NCBI RefSeq assembly: GCF_003704095.1
Contig: NW_020844573.1
Coordinates: 806,001-870,000 of the forward strand
Origin: Pocillopora damicornis
Taxonomy: Eukaryota
Length of the DNA: 64,000 nucleotides
Reading direction: 5' to 3'
Shown here: in pieces, positions 13,601 through 24,779 of the stretch
Numbering within the stretch: position 1 is the first letter of the stretch
Layout of the letters: each line of letters begins with the position of its first letter
The notes under the pieces: generated by a model
Told to the model about the DNA's origin: nothing
Databases searched by the model: none
The model's input: only the letters and a program-made list of their open reading frames with translations
Made by a program: the position numbers and the translations under genes

Positions 13601-16600
13601 TTTGAAAAGTTTTTAAATCACTCACCTGGCCTTGACAGACAAGCTCAGAGTGTTTATTTTCTTTAATCTCTTGTGTCTCTTCTTTTCCTTTTTCCCAGAC
13701 AAATTTAGGTTCTGTGATGATTGCTATGAATTCATTTGATCGAGCTCAGTCCAAAACAGGCCTGCCTCAGAGTTTTTCCGATAATCAAAGACTACAGACA
13801 GTTATTCAAAGAGTGACAAGGAAGTTGGCTTATTCCAGTGCTCCACAAGTTATTGTTCTAAGGTAGATTGTATATTTCTTCCAAATTAATTTGTAACAAC
13901 ACCATACAGGATAATCTCAGTCTTTAAATTTAGAACAGCAATGAAATCTCTGAATGATGAGAAAACAACAACAACAAAACACATCAGCAATCTATGATCA
14001 CTACTAACAGTAGAGATAAACTATGTAAAGCTATAACCTTAATGTCTTTGCCTGGACCTCCTAATCTGGTGAGCAATACTCAGGGCAAGAGGTTAATTTT
14101 ACACCTTCCGCATAAAAAATGAAATTTGTTTATTTTTCAGTGGGAGTGGAGGTAGTGGGAAGACATTCACAGCCCAGGCTCTTGTCCATCATCTGTTAGA
14201 ACAGGCTGGGGGAGGAATGGATTCCGATATCTGTAAGGTTAGAGTATTTGTATAGTAACATCCATTACACTGTGGAAGATCCAGTGGGTAAATATGTTAA
14301 GAAAGGAGACATGTGTCAGTTACTGACAGAGGTGATCTACTTTGAAATATGTAATCAGCCTTTTGGGCAACAGTGATATTAAAATCAGGAATAAATGACC
14401 ATTTATGGAGGTTTTGGCCATAACATCACCTACTGAATATCTGGGTATCTCGAAGTGAGGTAACAGCAAGGGAGTTAATATGACAATGTGATGATGAATG
14501 GCCATAAATTTAGAGGGCTTTGTTGATATCTGAATTCATTGTCCTTTGATAGTTATAAAATGTTGACTCTGTTTTATCCTTTAGCACTTTCTGGCCTCTG
14601 TAGCTGTGATCCAATCTCTAGGAAATGCAAAGACCCCAACAAACTCAGATTCCTCTAGAATGGTATGATTATACTGCTAAAGTGTATTTTTTACCTTCCA
14701 TGTTTTTTAAGTAAAAATTGTTCAATTTCTTTTTCTTTGAATAATATATTAATCTGCAAATTGTCTTTCTTGACGTCTTAGGGGGCTCTTTTTGAATTCC
14801 ATTTGTCTGATGGTTTGATATCGAGAACCAAACTCCAGTGCTATCTCCTTGATTCTGTAAGTATCTGCAAGGTGTTGAATATGAAGGAAGAGTTTAACAA
14901 AATCTTAATCCATTTTTCATATCATGCTTTCTGATCAAAGCCATAATACACTGTTACCCTTACCCCATGGATGCCTCATTAAAGGTGTAGGGCTAAGGGA
15001 GTAGAGGTATCACAACTCTTGTCCCATCTTGTGTTGAAAGACTTTTGTGCAGATGGGCTGCTGATTAAACTTGCTGGCTGAGAAAGAGTTGATTGCCTGC
15101 TGGAGAGCAAGCANNNNNNNNNNNNNNNNNNNNNNNNNNNNNNNNNNNNNNNNNNNNNNNNNNNNNNNNNNNNNNNNNNNNNNNNNNNNNNNNNNNNNNN
15201 NNNNNNNNNNNNNTAGTGGCAATTCTTCTACTTGGAAATGTAGAGTTCGTTGATGGTGAAGGTCTTGAACTTGATGTCAAGGGAAATAATGGTAGGTGAA
15301 ATAATTTCAAGTATTAGGGAATAATCCAGTCATCAAACGAAGGATTTAAATGAGGGTACTAAAGGGTTGAAAATATTTCTTCTATTTTTGACAGAAATCA
15401 AAGCTGTTGCTGCTCTTCTTGGCGTTTCTGGGGTTTCATTGTACAGAGGTCTGACCACAAAAACCAAGAATGTGAGAGGGCAGATTCTTAGATCGCTGTG
15501 TGACTCTGTTACTGTAAGTTGATCAAAGTTTAGGTGTGTAACTAATTGACAATCTCTTTTATCCTAAGTGCTCAGCACGTGGAAATGTATGTAATGAGTA
15601 ACAAAGAGCAGTCAAAATTATGCAAGACTGGATTATGCAATATTGCTTAATAGCAAGTTTCATAGAAATAAAGAAGGGATTCAAGTGGACGAGTAAACAA
15701 AATCTCCAATAACCCTTTGTCTCGAAGTGACATTCAACTCCAAATCCTCCTCTCTATTCAGAGTTGACTCAAAGGGTCTTTTGATTCCTTTTTGTTAGGC
15801 AAATTCAAACAGAGACAGTCTTGCCAAGGCACTGTACTGCAGGACAGTAGCTGCTATTGTCCGACGAGTCAACAGCTACAAGAGACCTGCAAGTCTGATG
15901 TCAGTATCACCCCAAGGATCTTATGAGTCATTGCGGGCTGCATCCAGTTCTCCTGGATCAAATGGGTCTCTGGGTAAAAGTCCACTTACCTCCAGCAATG
16001 GTTTGCTAATGGCATCACTTCCTGGTATTGTGAAATTTGAAACATTGAATTGAAAATTAATTTTCTTTGGAATTTTGTACAATTTTGTGTAAGTAATAAG
16101 TTATACAGTTTCTTAAAATATAATATAACTTCATTTTTTCCTTTTGGTGAAAACTGGGGTAATATATGTTTTTCCTTTCATCATTCAACTGGTAGCATGC
16201 ATGTCCTTCAAGACTAACAAGAGTATCATTAAGGTTGTTAAGCCTGTCACTAGAAACATGTTTGGCTCACCAAAATAAATTTTTATTTTAAGAGGCCAGA
16301 GGGTTTATGGATTTCACTAGCCTTACATCAGCAAGATAACTTTTTTAGCATAAAAATCTGATGTTTACCTTATTACCTTCAATTTATTTTCTATCTTGTT
16401 TGATATTTTACCAGTGATTACTCCCCCATCCACTCCCAGCCTGGATGGTAGTTTCCAGTTCACCAAGGGAGCCTCTGGACTCATCGGCATCATTGATATG
16501 TTTGGCTTTGAAAACAGTGAGGTATGACATGGACCAATAACTGTCAATAAGTCAAGGAATGTACTAGGCATGGTGAATATCATAGCTACAAAGTTAAGTG

Positions 16601-19600
16601 CTTATTGCCCTCAACTTGCACTTCCATCTTGCATCAGGCTGATAATTCTTTGGATCACAAATTTTGAGCCATTTGGGGTCTCCCCTACCTGTCCCTCTTT
16701 TTGTTTGATAGTAACCCCCCCTTCACCAACACTGAGTGGAAGAATCTTTTTAATGATTAGTCTCTCAGGTGTTTTATACAAGAAGAGTTTGCCCTTCACT
16801 ATCTGCTGGAATCTGTTTTTGTCAATTCTGGGTCTCATTGATTTTTGTTTTTTGTCCTTCTCTTGTAATAGGTGAATCAACTTGAACAGCTCTGTGTAAA
16901 TCTGTGCTCTGAAACATTACAACATTTCTACAACACTCATATATTCAAGAGCAGAGAAGAGTACAGCAGGTATTGTTTCAAACCTGTTTTTCTTTTTATG
17001 TTACCTCCAGATTTTTTCTAACATTTCCCTCTTTAGGAAGGATCCAAGATCCAAGCCTTAATTTTTTCACCTCTCTTCATTCTACAGGGAAGACGGTGTT
17101 CTTTCAGATTTTGGAGTGGATTACTTTGATAACGCTCCGTGCATTGAGCTACTCACTTGCCAGGTACGTTAAAAAATGCCTGAGAGCAATTTTAAAAACA
17201 TTTTTCAAAAATATTGAAAGTGATTCGGGAGTTTACTGGTTTGCCTCTCTGTTCTCTAAAACTGGTCATGCAAACTCTCGCCATTTTCCGAGCCAATCAG
17301 GTGCAAAAATGAAACAAAGTGCGTCTTGGTTATTTGCGTTTTCCCGCGTTTGAAGCGCTCTCTGTTTCCTGTTATTGGTCCAGAAACTTCTCGACATTTT
17401 CTTAACCAATCAGATGCAAAAGTGAAACAAACCGCGTCAGGGTCGTCCGCGTTTTCCCGCGCTTGGCCACATTTGCATATAATTGTCTTGAGTTCTCATT
17501 GACCTCTTGTGATGTTGGCCTCTGTTCTGTTTGGCGATAGTACATACTTTAGTTTCCTTCGAAAGGCATCCTGTAAGCTGTCAATCCGCCCTATCATAAA
17601 ATTCTTATCTGATGATTATATTTGTTATGATTACAACCTTTCGTTGTTGCTAGACCTTAAGTTTGACTCTGAAGATGACTTCCGCACAGGTTGTCGAAAC
17701 GCCAGTCATCACTACCGACAACAGTCCTTCTCGGTACTACACTCACTCGGACGGTCAAAGTACGCTAATACATGTTACCCCCGGGTTCAAACCATTTACT
17801 GGAAGACCTTACGTTGTTTGGTGTCGAATCGAAAGCTATCATAATTTTCATTTGACTCTCTTTATCATAGCGTGCTGGGATTTTAACAGTGTTGGATAAA
17901 GAAAGCTTATTCGCAAGGTAAGAAGGTGATCGCGCTTTACAACTCTCATTTTATGGAAAGGTCTTCTTTTTCCTAAACAGTAAAGGTCTATGTTTGTTAC
18001 ATTCTTTAAGAATCAATTGATTGACGAAAGTAATTTGAGATTGTTATGGTTTTCCTTACCTTTGCTCCAAAAAATTGGTTAAGAAAACTCGCGCAATCCC
18101 CTCAACCATTTAGATGCAAAACCTAAAACAATCGTGACTTAGTCATTCGCGTTTTCCCATGTCCAAGCAGTTTGCTTGATAAAAATCACCTTGACCTCTC
18201 ATTGGCTAATGGTAATGTAAACTTTGTGCTGATTGGTCGCTAAGGATTACTTTGTAATTGGTCAAGAAAACTCTCGCTATTCCAAACCAATCAGGTGCAA
18301 AGACGAAACAAAGTGCGTCTTGGTTGTTTACGTTTTCCCGCGTTTGAAGCGCTCTCTGTTCCTTGTTATTGGTCCAGAAACCTCTCGCCATTTTCTCAAA
18401 CATTCAAGTGCAAAAATGAAACAAAGTGCGTTTTGGTTGTTTGCGTCTACCCGCGTTTGAAGCGCTCTCCGTTCCCAATAAGCTAAGCAAAGCTATCCCA
18501 AATTGCTTTCGATGATGTAAACCTTTGTTCTGATTGCTCGCTAAGGATTGCTTTGGATTTGGTTTTTTCGACGCACAAAAGAACACTGCTCCAGTAGCTT
18601 TAATCATAACAAAACATTCAGCAAGAAATAGAAAAAATTTAACCGTTCCAACTCAGTAGTGTTAAGGTGGAAAAACCTGTGACACGTTTCTGTCATGCTC
18701 GGAAAACGAGCTAGTGTTAATCGACGCGAGAAAAGGTACACGCATATGAGCAACGGTTATTTTTAAAACAGTCTATTTGTAATAAATGGTAAAAGAAAAA
18801 CGGTAAATGAGTGATCAAACGCAATAAAGAACTAGTATAAAAGTTATGGATTCACAGCGAAGATTGTATGTTAGATGGTAATGTTGCGGAGGTATCAACA
18901 AGGCTAATATTTCTTACAGAGGAAGCTACCAGAACTTCTTACAAAAAGTAAAGGGACAGCATAAAGACAGCGATAGGTAAGATAAAAATGTTAATTAACG
19001 TTCGAAACAACTATGACTGACGGAGAACTCTATTTGTACCGAGATTAAAGTAGAGGAACAAAATAGCATACTGTATTTATATAGTTCGATATGGAGGTGG
19101 TCAGATTCCGAACCGGAGCGGGTAGAGTCAATTAAAAAATTTTGTAATTTCTTTGATACGATTTTTCGTTTCAGCTTTTTTGATCCAGATCCCGAGAGTT
19201 CGTGTTTTGGAGTATCGCACTACAATGGAAATGTGAGTTGAAGCTCTTTACTTCAACCTCGTGTCCAGGTTCTTTTCTTTCTTTTTCTTCCCTCCTCTCT
19301 CTCTTTCTGGCTTTAGTGCGGAGGGGAACGGGTAGGGGGGTGGGGAGTGGGGAGGGTGAGAGGAGAGAGGTCCTGGAAAAGAGGTTACTTCTTCTCTTTG
19401 CTAACATTACAGAGTGTTGAATTGTGGTCAAACCGAATCAAAGTCATCACACCTTTTTCTGATTGGGAACCTGGTATGGGAGAGTTTTCTGGGACGGCGA
19501 CGTTCTGAACGCGACGCATTGAACGCGACGTTCTTCAGCACACACTGACTTTTAGTTCTGCTTCTCTGTAGGTCGTATATGATGCCAGCTCTCTTCTTAA

Positions 19601-22600
19601 CATCAACAGAGACTCAATTAATGATGACATTATCTGTGTGTTCTCAAGACAGGTTTGTTATTCAGACTGGCTTCACCAGGCAAGGGATTAGTATTGCTTA
19701 GTATTTCTTCACAATGTTTTGTCAAGTGGCAAAAGACTAAATGTATATTGTTATTTCAATCTCGAGGAAGACAGAATTAACTTAAACGTCACGCAACAAA
19801 GGTATTCTGTGACGCCAAGTGTCTGTCACGTCGACCGCGGAGCTGTGTTTCTCCGTGTATACCAATTAATACTGTTTTTTAGTGGCTCTTCACGCAGATT
19901 TACAGAAAAGTGGTAGTGGTATATGACGGCGAGTGTTTTTTTTTTTTTTTAAGAACTGTAATTTTGGTTTCGCTACGCATCTTTTCACCAATGATTTGAA
20001 ACCTCAGCAAGGACAGACAACAGCTCCCAAGGGGGTGCTTTACAGGATATCACCTACCCCTGCTCAGGAGGCGCAAAGGTGAGAGACAATCACAATTATT
20101 TACTATCCATGATTCTCGTCATGGGTTAATTTGATTTAAGGAATACTGCTCTACACCATCAGAACGTTGTTTTCCAGGGGTTCATTTGAACTCTTGTCAT
20201 TGAGGCTGTCTGAAGTGCGGGAAAGCGCGTGTAGTTACCAGGTTGTGCTCGGTTGTAGTTCGCATCTGATCGTTTGAGAGAGTGGTGTGATTTTTCTCGA
20301 CCAATCAAAATACAGTGTTAAATAAAAAAAATATTGCAATACAGGACTGACTCTGAGGTGAAAGAATGCTCTAAGCCGAAGATAACATGCTAGCCCTTTA
20401 ACCCCTATGAGTGGCTTGTATTTAACTTCTGTATACATCATGATACCACTGCTGAATCAAACATTAAGGCTTTGCGAATATAGGAAGTGACCACCGCCTC
20501 AAGAAGCTCACGATGTTTGAACATATTCTCCCTACCAATATAATTGTAAATGTATAGAGAACAGTATGGAGAATATACATACGGATGTTGGAGTGTAAAG
20601 GATTAAAGGAGCAAGCAGTACTTGCCTCTCGCAGCATTGTTTAAAACAACTTTTTTGTTCTTAACAACAATAATAACAGCCCCGCAGGAACAGCTGATGC
20701 TCCTCTTCGTACATTTTCTCAAGGATTTCAGGTCAGTTTTCCAAGGGCTAATCTTTTTCTTTATGTTTTAAAGTCTCGAGCAAAAGTAAAAAGTTTGCCC
20801 TGGACGGTTACTGCGAGATTCTCTTCCTCCTCGCTTATTTATCAAATTTTCGTCTTTCGAATAGATAACACTTAACTCCCGCGACTGACCAAGACAGAAT
20901 TTCTCCTAACAATATCAGTACAATATCAAACAGACAAGTAAAGAGAATAAAGAGAACTATCAAAAAATATGTTTTTAGTTGATCCAAAACCAAATTCTCC
21001 GAACTAACATCATAGGAATTGTGAGACAGATAGTAATGAGATCCTGGGAGGGAAAGGGTTAAAGAAACCCACAGTTTTGTATCATTAAATCCCATCGACG
21101 CCTTCACGGTGTGTTGTCTAATTTTTCTTTCTACTTTTTTTTATAGGAAAAAATTGATGGTCTCCTCAAAACCCTGGTTCAAGCGCAACCGACATTTGTG
21201 AGATGTATAAAGGCAAGTTATGATTGTAGGCCTGTTTTAACTATCTTATTTTGTTGTTCGAGCATTTTCCGATTAAGTGTCGTAAAAAGAAAACAAACGT
21301 CATCCCAACAGCCAATCAGATGAAAAGCAAACAAACGTTATTGCAACAGTCAATCAGATGTTAAAAAAAAAAAAACCTTAATTAAAGAGCCAATGAAAAC
21401 TCAAGGTGAAAGTAACCAAACTGCTTAAAGCGCGGGAAAACGCGGGCGACCAAGTCGTGATTGGTTGAGAGTGTGGCGCGAGTTTTATGGACCAATCACA
21501 AAGCGAAGTAAAGCAAAACCAACAAATCTCAGGTAACTTTCCATACTCATTGCTCTACTTACAATCTTGTGCTCTTCTGGTGACGCATGAAGTGTTTATT
21601 TCATGTGTTCAGTGAAATAAAAATCTAAAAACTTTTTTAGTGGTCGGCACAATTTTTTGTGCTCTACCAGAAGGGAGGAAAGGTGTCTCAATTGATACAT
21701 TTTCCGTCAAACAAATCTCTTTTCACTCTGTATCCAAAGTTATCAACAGTACTCTCCCTCGGAAAGCAGTTAGTTTCAGTTAGTTTTAATCTTTGTCGTT
21801 AACCTCCTGCTTCGTGTTTCACTTTTGATTACAGATAAATACCCGTGAGGAGCCATATTCCTTCGACCGTGGAATTGTCAGTCAGCAGATTCGAGTGTTG
21901 CAGATATTCGAGACTCTTCAACTGTTACAGTCAGGTAGTTAACCCTTAGACTCCCTTTAGTTACCAAGACAGAATTTCTCCTTACAATATCAATACAATA
22001 TTAAGCAGAAAATTCATAAGAATAAAGGAAAATATTAACTAGGGTGTTATTACTTGATCGAATACCAAATTTTCCGAACTAACATCATAACAATCGTATG
22101 GCAGGCTGTATGGAGAATTACTGATGGGATGTTGGGAGCGAACGGGTTAAACACATTTAAATGGAGTGTAAAGCGACTGAAAATCCCAGCCGTTTTTCCC
22201 TAAGTATAGAAAACGAAAAGAGCCCGTTGTTCTGTAAGGCCTTGAGACGAATCGTGATACAATTGACAACAAAAAAACAACGAATATAGATTACATGATA
22301 CATGATGCAAACCACATGGGAAGAGCTTTGCGTGTCCCTCGTCACTTTTATCAAAAAGTTACCCACACAAAATGCGGTTTAATCAGTAATTTCTTATACA
22401 TAATTATCCTATTTCAGCCCTCGCTAATCGCATTCGACTTGAAGCATTCGCCAAGAGATATAGCTTTGTCTCGCCGCGTAAAGTCCGGGGTCTGGAGGAG
22501 ACTGGGTATGAGGATTGCAAAGATATTCTGGAGACGCTGATGAGAAAAGTTGACAAGCCCAATAATGACGTCATGTTTGGCTCTTGGGTACTGGGAAAGA

Positions 22601-24779
22601 GATACGTTTTCTACAGGTAACTTGCAATCATTTTTTTTTTTTTTTCATTTTCAGTTTTCTCAATTAGTGAGTCTTTCTTTCGCATTTTTTTTTGATGTAA
22701 CGCTCCGAATTTCAATGCAAAATAGAAAGGAAAACCTCTGGAATTAGGGAAGACGTTGAAACAAAACAGATGGACATTATGATACTTTTTTAATGTGTGC
22801 CAGGCTTTGCACAATAATTGTTCGTCGCTTGTCGTGGACTTTTGTAGTGAGGTTGTGAAGCAAGAATTGGACAAATTATACGAAGAAAGAAAAGTGAAGG
22901 CCGTTGTGACGATCCAATGCTGTCTCAGGAGATGGATCTGTCGAAAGAGATGGCCAAACCTAAAACGTTCATTGGAACTTCAGAGAAAAGGCCGGCAGGG
23001 TAGCAAAACTAATCACAGGTAAATATTGTAAACCGATAGCCAAAGGTATTTGAAGAGTAGTAAGGAGGGATAAGGTTAAGGTTGATAGTGAATTTGCCAC
23101 GACGTCAAGACGCATAGCTTAGATTTTATTTTTGTCCCACGTTCATGAAGTACTTTGATTGCTTTTTCGCGATGTCGTCCAAGACTGTAGTTTGCTTCTC
23201 CCCTAACTAAGCCTCGTCGCTTTAACTCAATATCTCTTTTTATAGTCTTGTTCGCAGATCAGTTTCCCCGTCGGATGAGCTTCGGGTTGACACGAAGGCT
23301 GCCGACCAGTCATGCTGTCTCTTCGGAATCGATATGGTAGGTTGGCTTTCGTAAAGGAGAGAGTTGGGAATACAGTGATTCATTTAGGATTACTGCTGTT
23401 TAGTATGAAAAAATGGTTCGTAACGTGAGATAGAGCATTGTTTTTACTCTGCACCGCTTTGTGATCGATCTAAAACAAAAATACCGCGAAATGGAAAACA
23501 AGGACAGAATCATAAGTTTTTTGCTGCCATCTTTTCAGGAGACTCCCCCACCTTTGCCTAAAAGCCGTCCGTATACTGTGCTAGGAAATATGAAGATGGG
23601 GTTCCCACAAAATCGTATCATGAAAATGGATTATCCAGGTGAGTGAACTATGTGCTTCATTATAATTGGCAAAATAAGAAAATAAATTTCATTTTTTTTT
23701 TTTACTGCCACCTTTAGATGACGGAAGCGAAGTTCTCCTGAAGAAAGGAGAAGTTGTAAAGGTGGTTCGGGCATCAGAAAAAAGAGGTTATCTGGTTATA
23801 GAGCACAGAGGCGCAACAGTTCACTTACCTTTTCAGGTTATGGAGCTTAAGGTACGTGTTTAATATGCTTTGCCTTTGTTTATCACTCAAGCAATTTGAG
23901 ACGTTGTGCGACGTGATTGGCGAACGTGACCATGGATGTAATGCGTGCTAGCCATGACTCTAAATGTTCGGTTGCCTTAGTTAGTCTGCTTGTCCAGCGT
24001 CTCTTCTTGCAGATAACAATTTATTAATTGAATCTTTGTGCAAATGGTCATTAAAGTCTCGTTTTGTGGCGCCTAAGTTTTCCTTAGACAATTTAACTCT
24101 TTCGTTATCCGTATTTTGCCTGCACTGTTATTTTTTTTGACACCTGATTTGATTAAGACCTACTGGATATGTAGTTCTAACACTGACGCTAATATAACAT
24201 GATTTTAAAATAGTGTTCAGCTTTGATGTGGGATCGAGCGTCTTTGGATAAGGTTTACAGATAGGACATTTATCGATCAAATGAAGATTAATTTTGCAAG
24301 CAAGCAAACAAGAACTCAAAGGGGCATATGATTGGCAGGGAGGATGGCGTGAGATCCTTGGACCAATCAGTCTTAAGTTGAGGCAAACCACTGCTCTATT
24401 TAAACCAATCAAATGTAACGGAACATTGACCCTGAGCAAAGCTTGTTCCCACATTGCTGTGATCGTTTTCCGAACACAGTTCGAAAGTAAAGTTTGCGTG
24501 TCGTAGGTTCTGGGATTTTCCCCTTTAATTAGGGACAAATTAAAGTTTTTTCTTAACTGATAGCACCTTATTAATAGAAATGTTTACTTGGGTCGAATAA
24601 TTTACCTTTCTTCCCTAGAATTATAGTCGAATCATTCATGTTAAAGCAGTCAAATTCCCTCGATATTTCACCCAGGAATGATAGACAAGAATATTTTGAC
24701 TCTTTCATGCGAGCTTTGAGGAACGAGTGACTCAAAGGGTAATTTTTTCTAGAATTCTCCGAACCCTTCACCGAGGTGA
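10663..24779 (+). CDS. dachs: Dachs-type unconventional myosin (class XX): N-terminal coiled coil, motor domain, IQ motif, SH3-like tail
   Basis: Exons: 10663-11089, 12743-12868, 13036-13181, 13699-13862, 14141-14237, 14585-14662, 14782-14856, [gap], <15214-15291, 15395-15513, 15799-16024, 16415-16521, 16872-16969, 17088-17163, 17871-17917, 18920-18976, 19175-19232, 19572-19652, 19954-20078, 20680-20731, 21147-21212, 21835-21934, 22418-22616, 22848-23018, 23246-23336, 23539-23638, 23718-23851, and a probable last coding exon 24753-24779. Dachs-like motifs: DDLVHLTGPITEAALL, P-loop SGSGGSGKT, AGGGMDSDICKH, TNSDSSR, RDSLAKALYCRTVAAIVRR, DMFGFE, NCNFGFATHLF, FVRCIK, IQ motif TIQCCLRRWICRK, and tail PPPLPKSRPYTVLGNMKMGFPQNRIMKMDYP...LKKGEVVKVV...RGYLVIEHRGATVHLPFQ. 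Some motor exons fall in the N gap. Confidence 0.9.
12041..12262. mobile_element. Non-autonomous piggyBac-like MITE (degenerate copy)
   Basis: Internal sequence (GACCAAGACA...AATATCAA...GGAGAATTAC...TGGGAGTGAAA) is shared with the copies at 20866-21062 and 21939-22150. Confidence 0.65.
12475..12626. mobile_element. MITE with CTGGGxCCAGTTGT...TTGAACAACCAGGTCCTG-type terminal inverted repeats
   Basis: The termini are imperfect inverted repeats and resemble those of the element at 61493-61736. GGATA/TATCC motifs occur internally. Confidence 0.6.
15114..15213. other. Assembly gap inside the dachs motor region
   Basis: 100 N. The motor segment expected between YLLDS and AILLLGNVEF (normally carrying NYHIFY) is absent, so the true gap is probably larger. 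Confidence 0.95.
17200..17560 (+). repeat. Dispersed CCAATCAG/GCGTTTTCCCGCG repeat with an internal ~115 bp tandem duplication
   Basis: Two units of CTCG..CCAATCAG(G/A)TGCAAAA..GAAACAAA..GCGTC..GCGTTTTCCCGCG. Related copies lie at 18020-18590, 20215-20370(-), 21270-21550(-), 58540-58720(-) and 61385-61495. Confidence 0.75.
17664..17800 (+). mobile_element. Penelope-derived short repeat with a minimal hammerhead ribozyme core (cleavage triplet mutated)
   Basis: TGACT-CTGAAGA-tgacttccgcacaggttgtc-GAAAC-GCC-AGTCA. Helix I is TGACT/AGTCA, and the CUGANGA and GAAA boxes are present. The triplet is GCC rather than GUC. Confidence 0.7.
18020..18590 (+). repeat. Tandem array of the CCAATCAG dispersed repeat (about three units)
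   Basis: Units around 18085, 18270 and 18380 repeat the pattern seen at 17275-17470. Confidence 0.75.
19254..19387. mobile_element. Short MITE with CAACCTCG..CCAGG / CCTGG..GAGGTT terminal inverted repeats
   Basis: caacctcgtgtccagg ... cctggaaaagaggtta, flanked by CTT on both sides. The interior has a pyrimidine-rich half and a purine-rich half. Confidence 0.65.
20391..20606. mobile_element. piggyBac-like MITE (related subfamily)
   Basis: tagccctttaacccc ... ggagtgtaaaggattaa, with degenerate TTAACCCTTT/AAAGGGTTAA ends. Related copies lie at ~5735-5875, 25751-25930, 59727-59921 and 62697-62916. Confidence 0.65.
20866..21062. mobile_element. piggyBac-like MITE
   Basis: Right end is GGGAGGGAAAGGGTTAA. 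The interior is closely similar to 21939-22150. Confidence 0.7.
21213..21834 (+). other. GC-AG intron in dachs
   Basis: The exon ends FVRCIK with AAG|GCAAGT. The next exon (INTREEPYSFDR) starts in phase 0, and no in-phase GT donor is available. Confidence 0.75.
21270..21550 (-). repeat. Near-complete copy of the CCAATCAG dispersed repeat
   Basis: AAGCGCGGGAAAACGCGGGCGACCAAGTCGTGATTGG...GGACCAATCACAAAGCGAAGTAAAGCAAAACC is the reverse complement of the 17200-17560 family. Confidence 0.75.
21939..22150. mobile_element. piggyBac-like MITE with both TTAA target-site copies
   Basis: TTAA|CCCTTAGACTCCC ... GGGAGCGAACGGG|TTAA; 212 bp with no ORF. Confidence 0.8.

Noticed and set aside
17200-18607. 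Repeat-and-spacer appearance (CRISPR-like) and several short ORFs
   Set aside because: The context is a eukaryotic intron. The units are ~115 bp copies of a dispersed repeat without unique spacers or cas genes, and the ORFs are repeat-derived.
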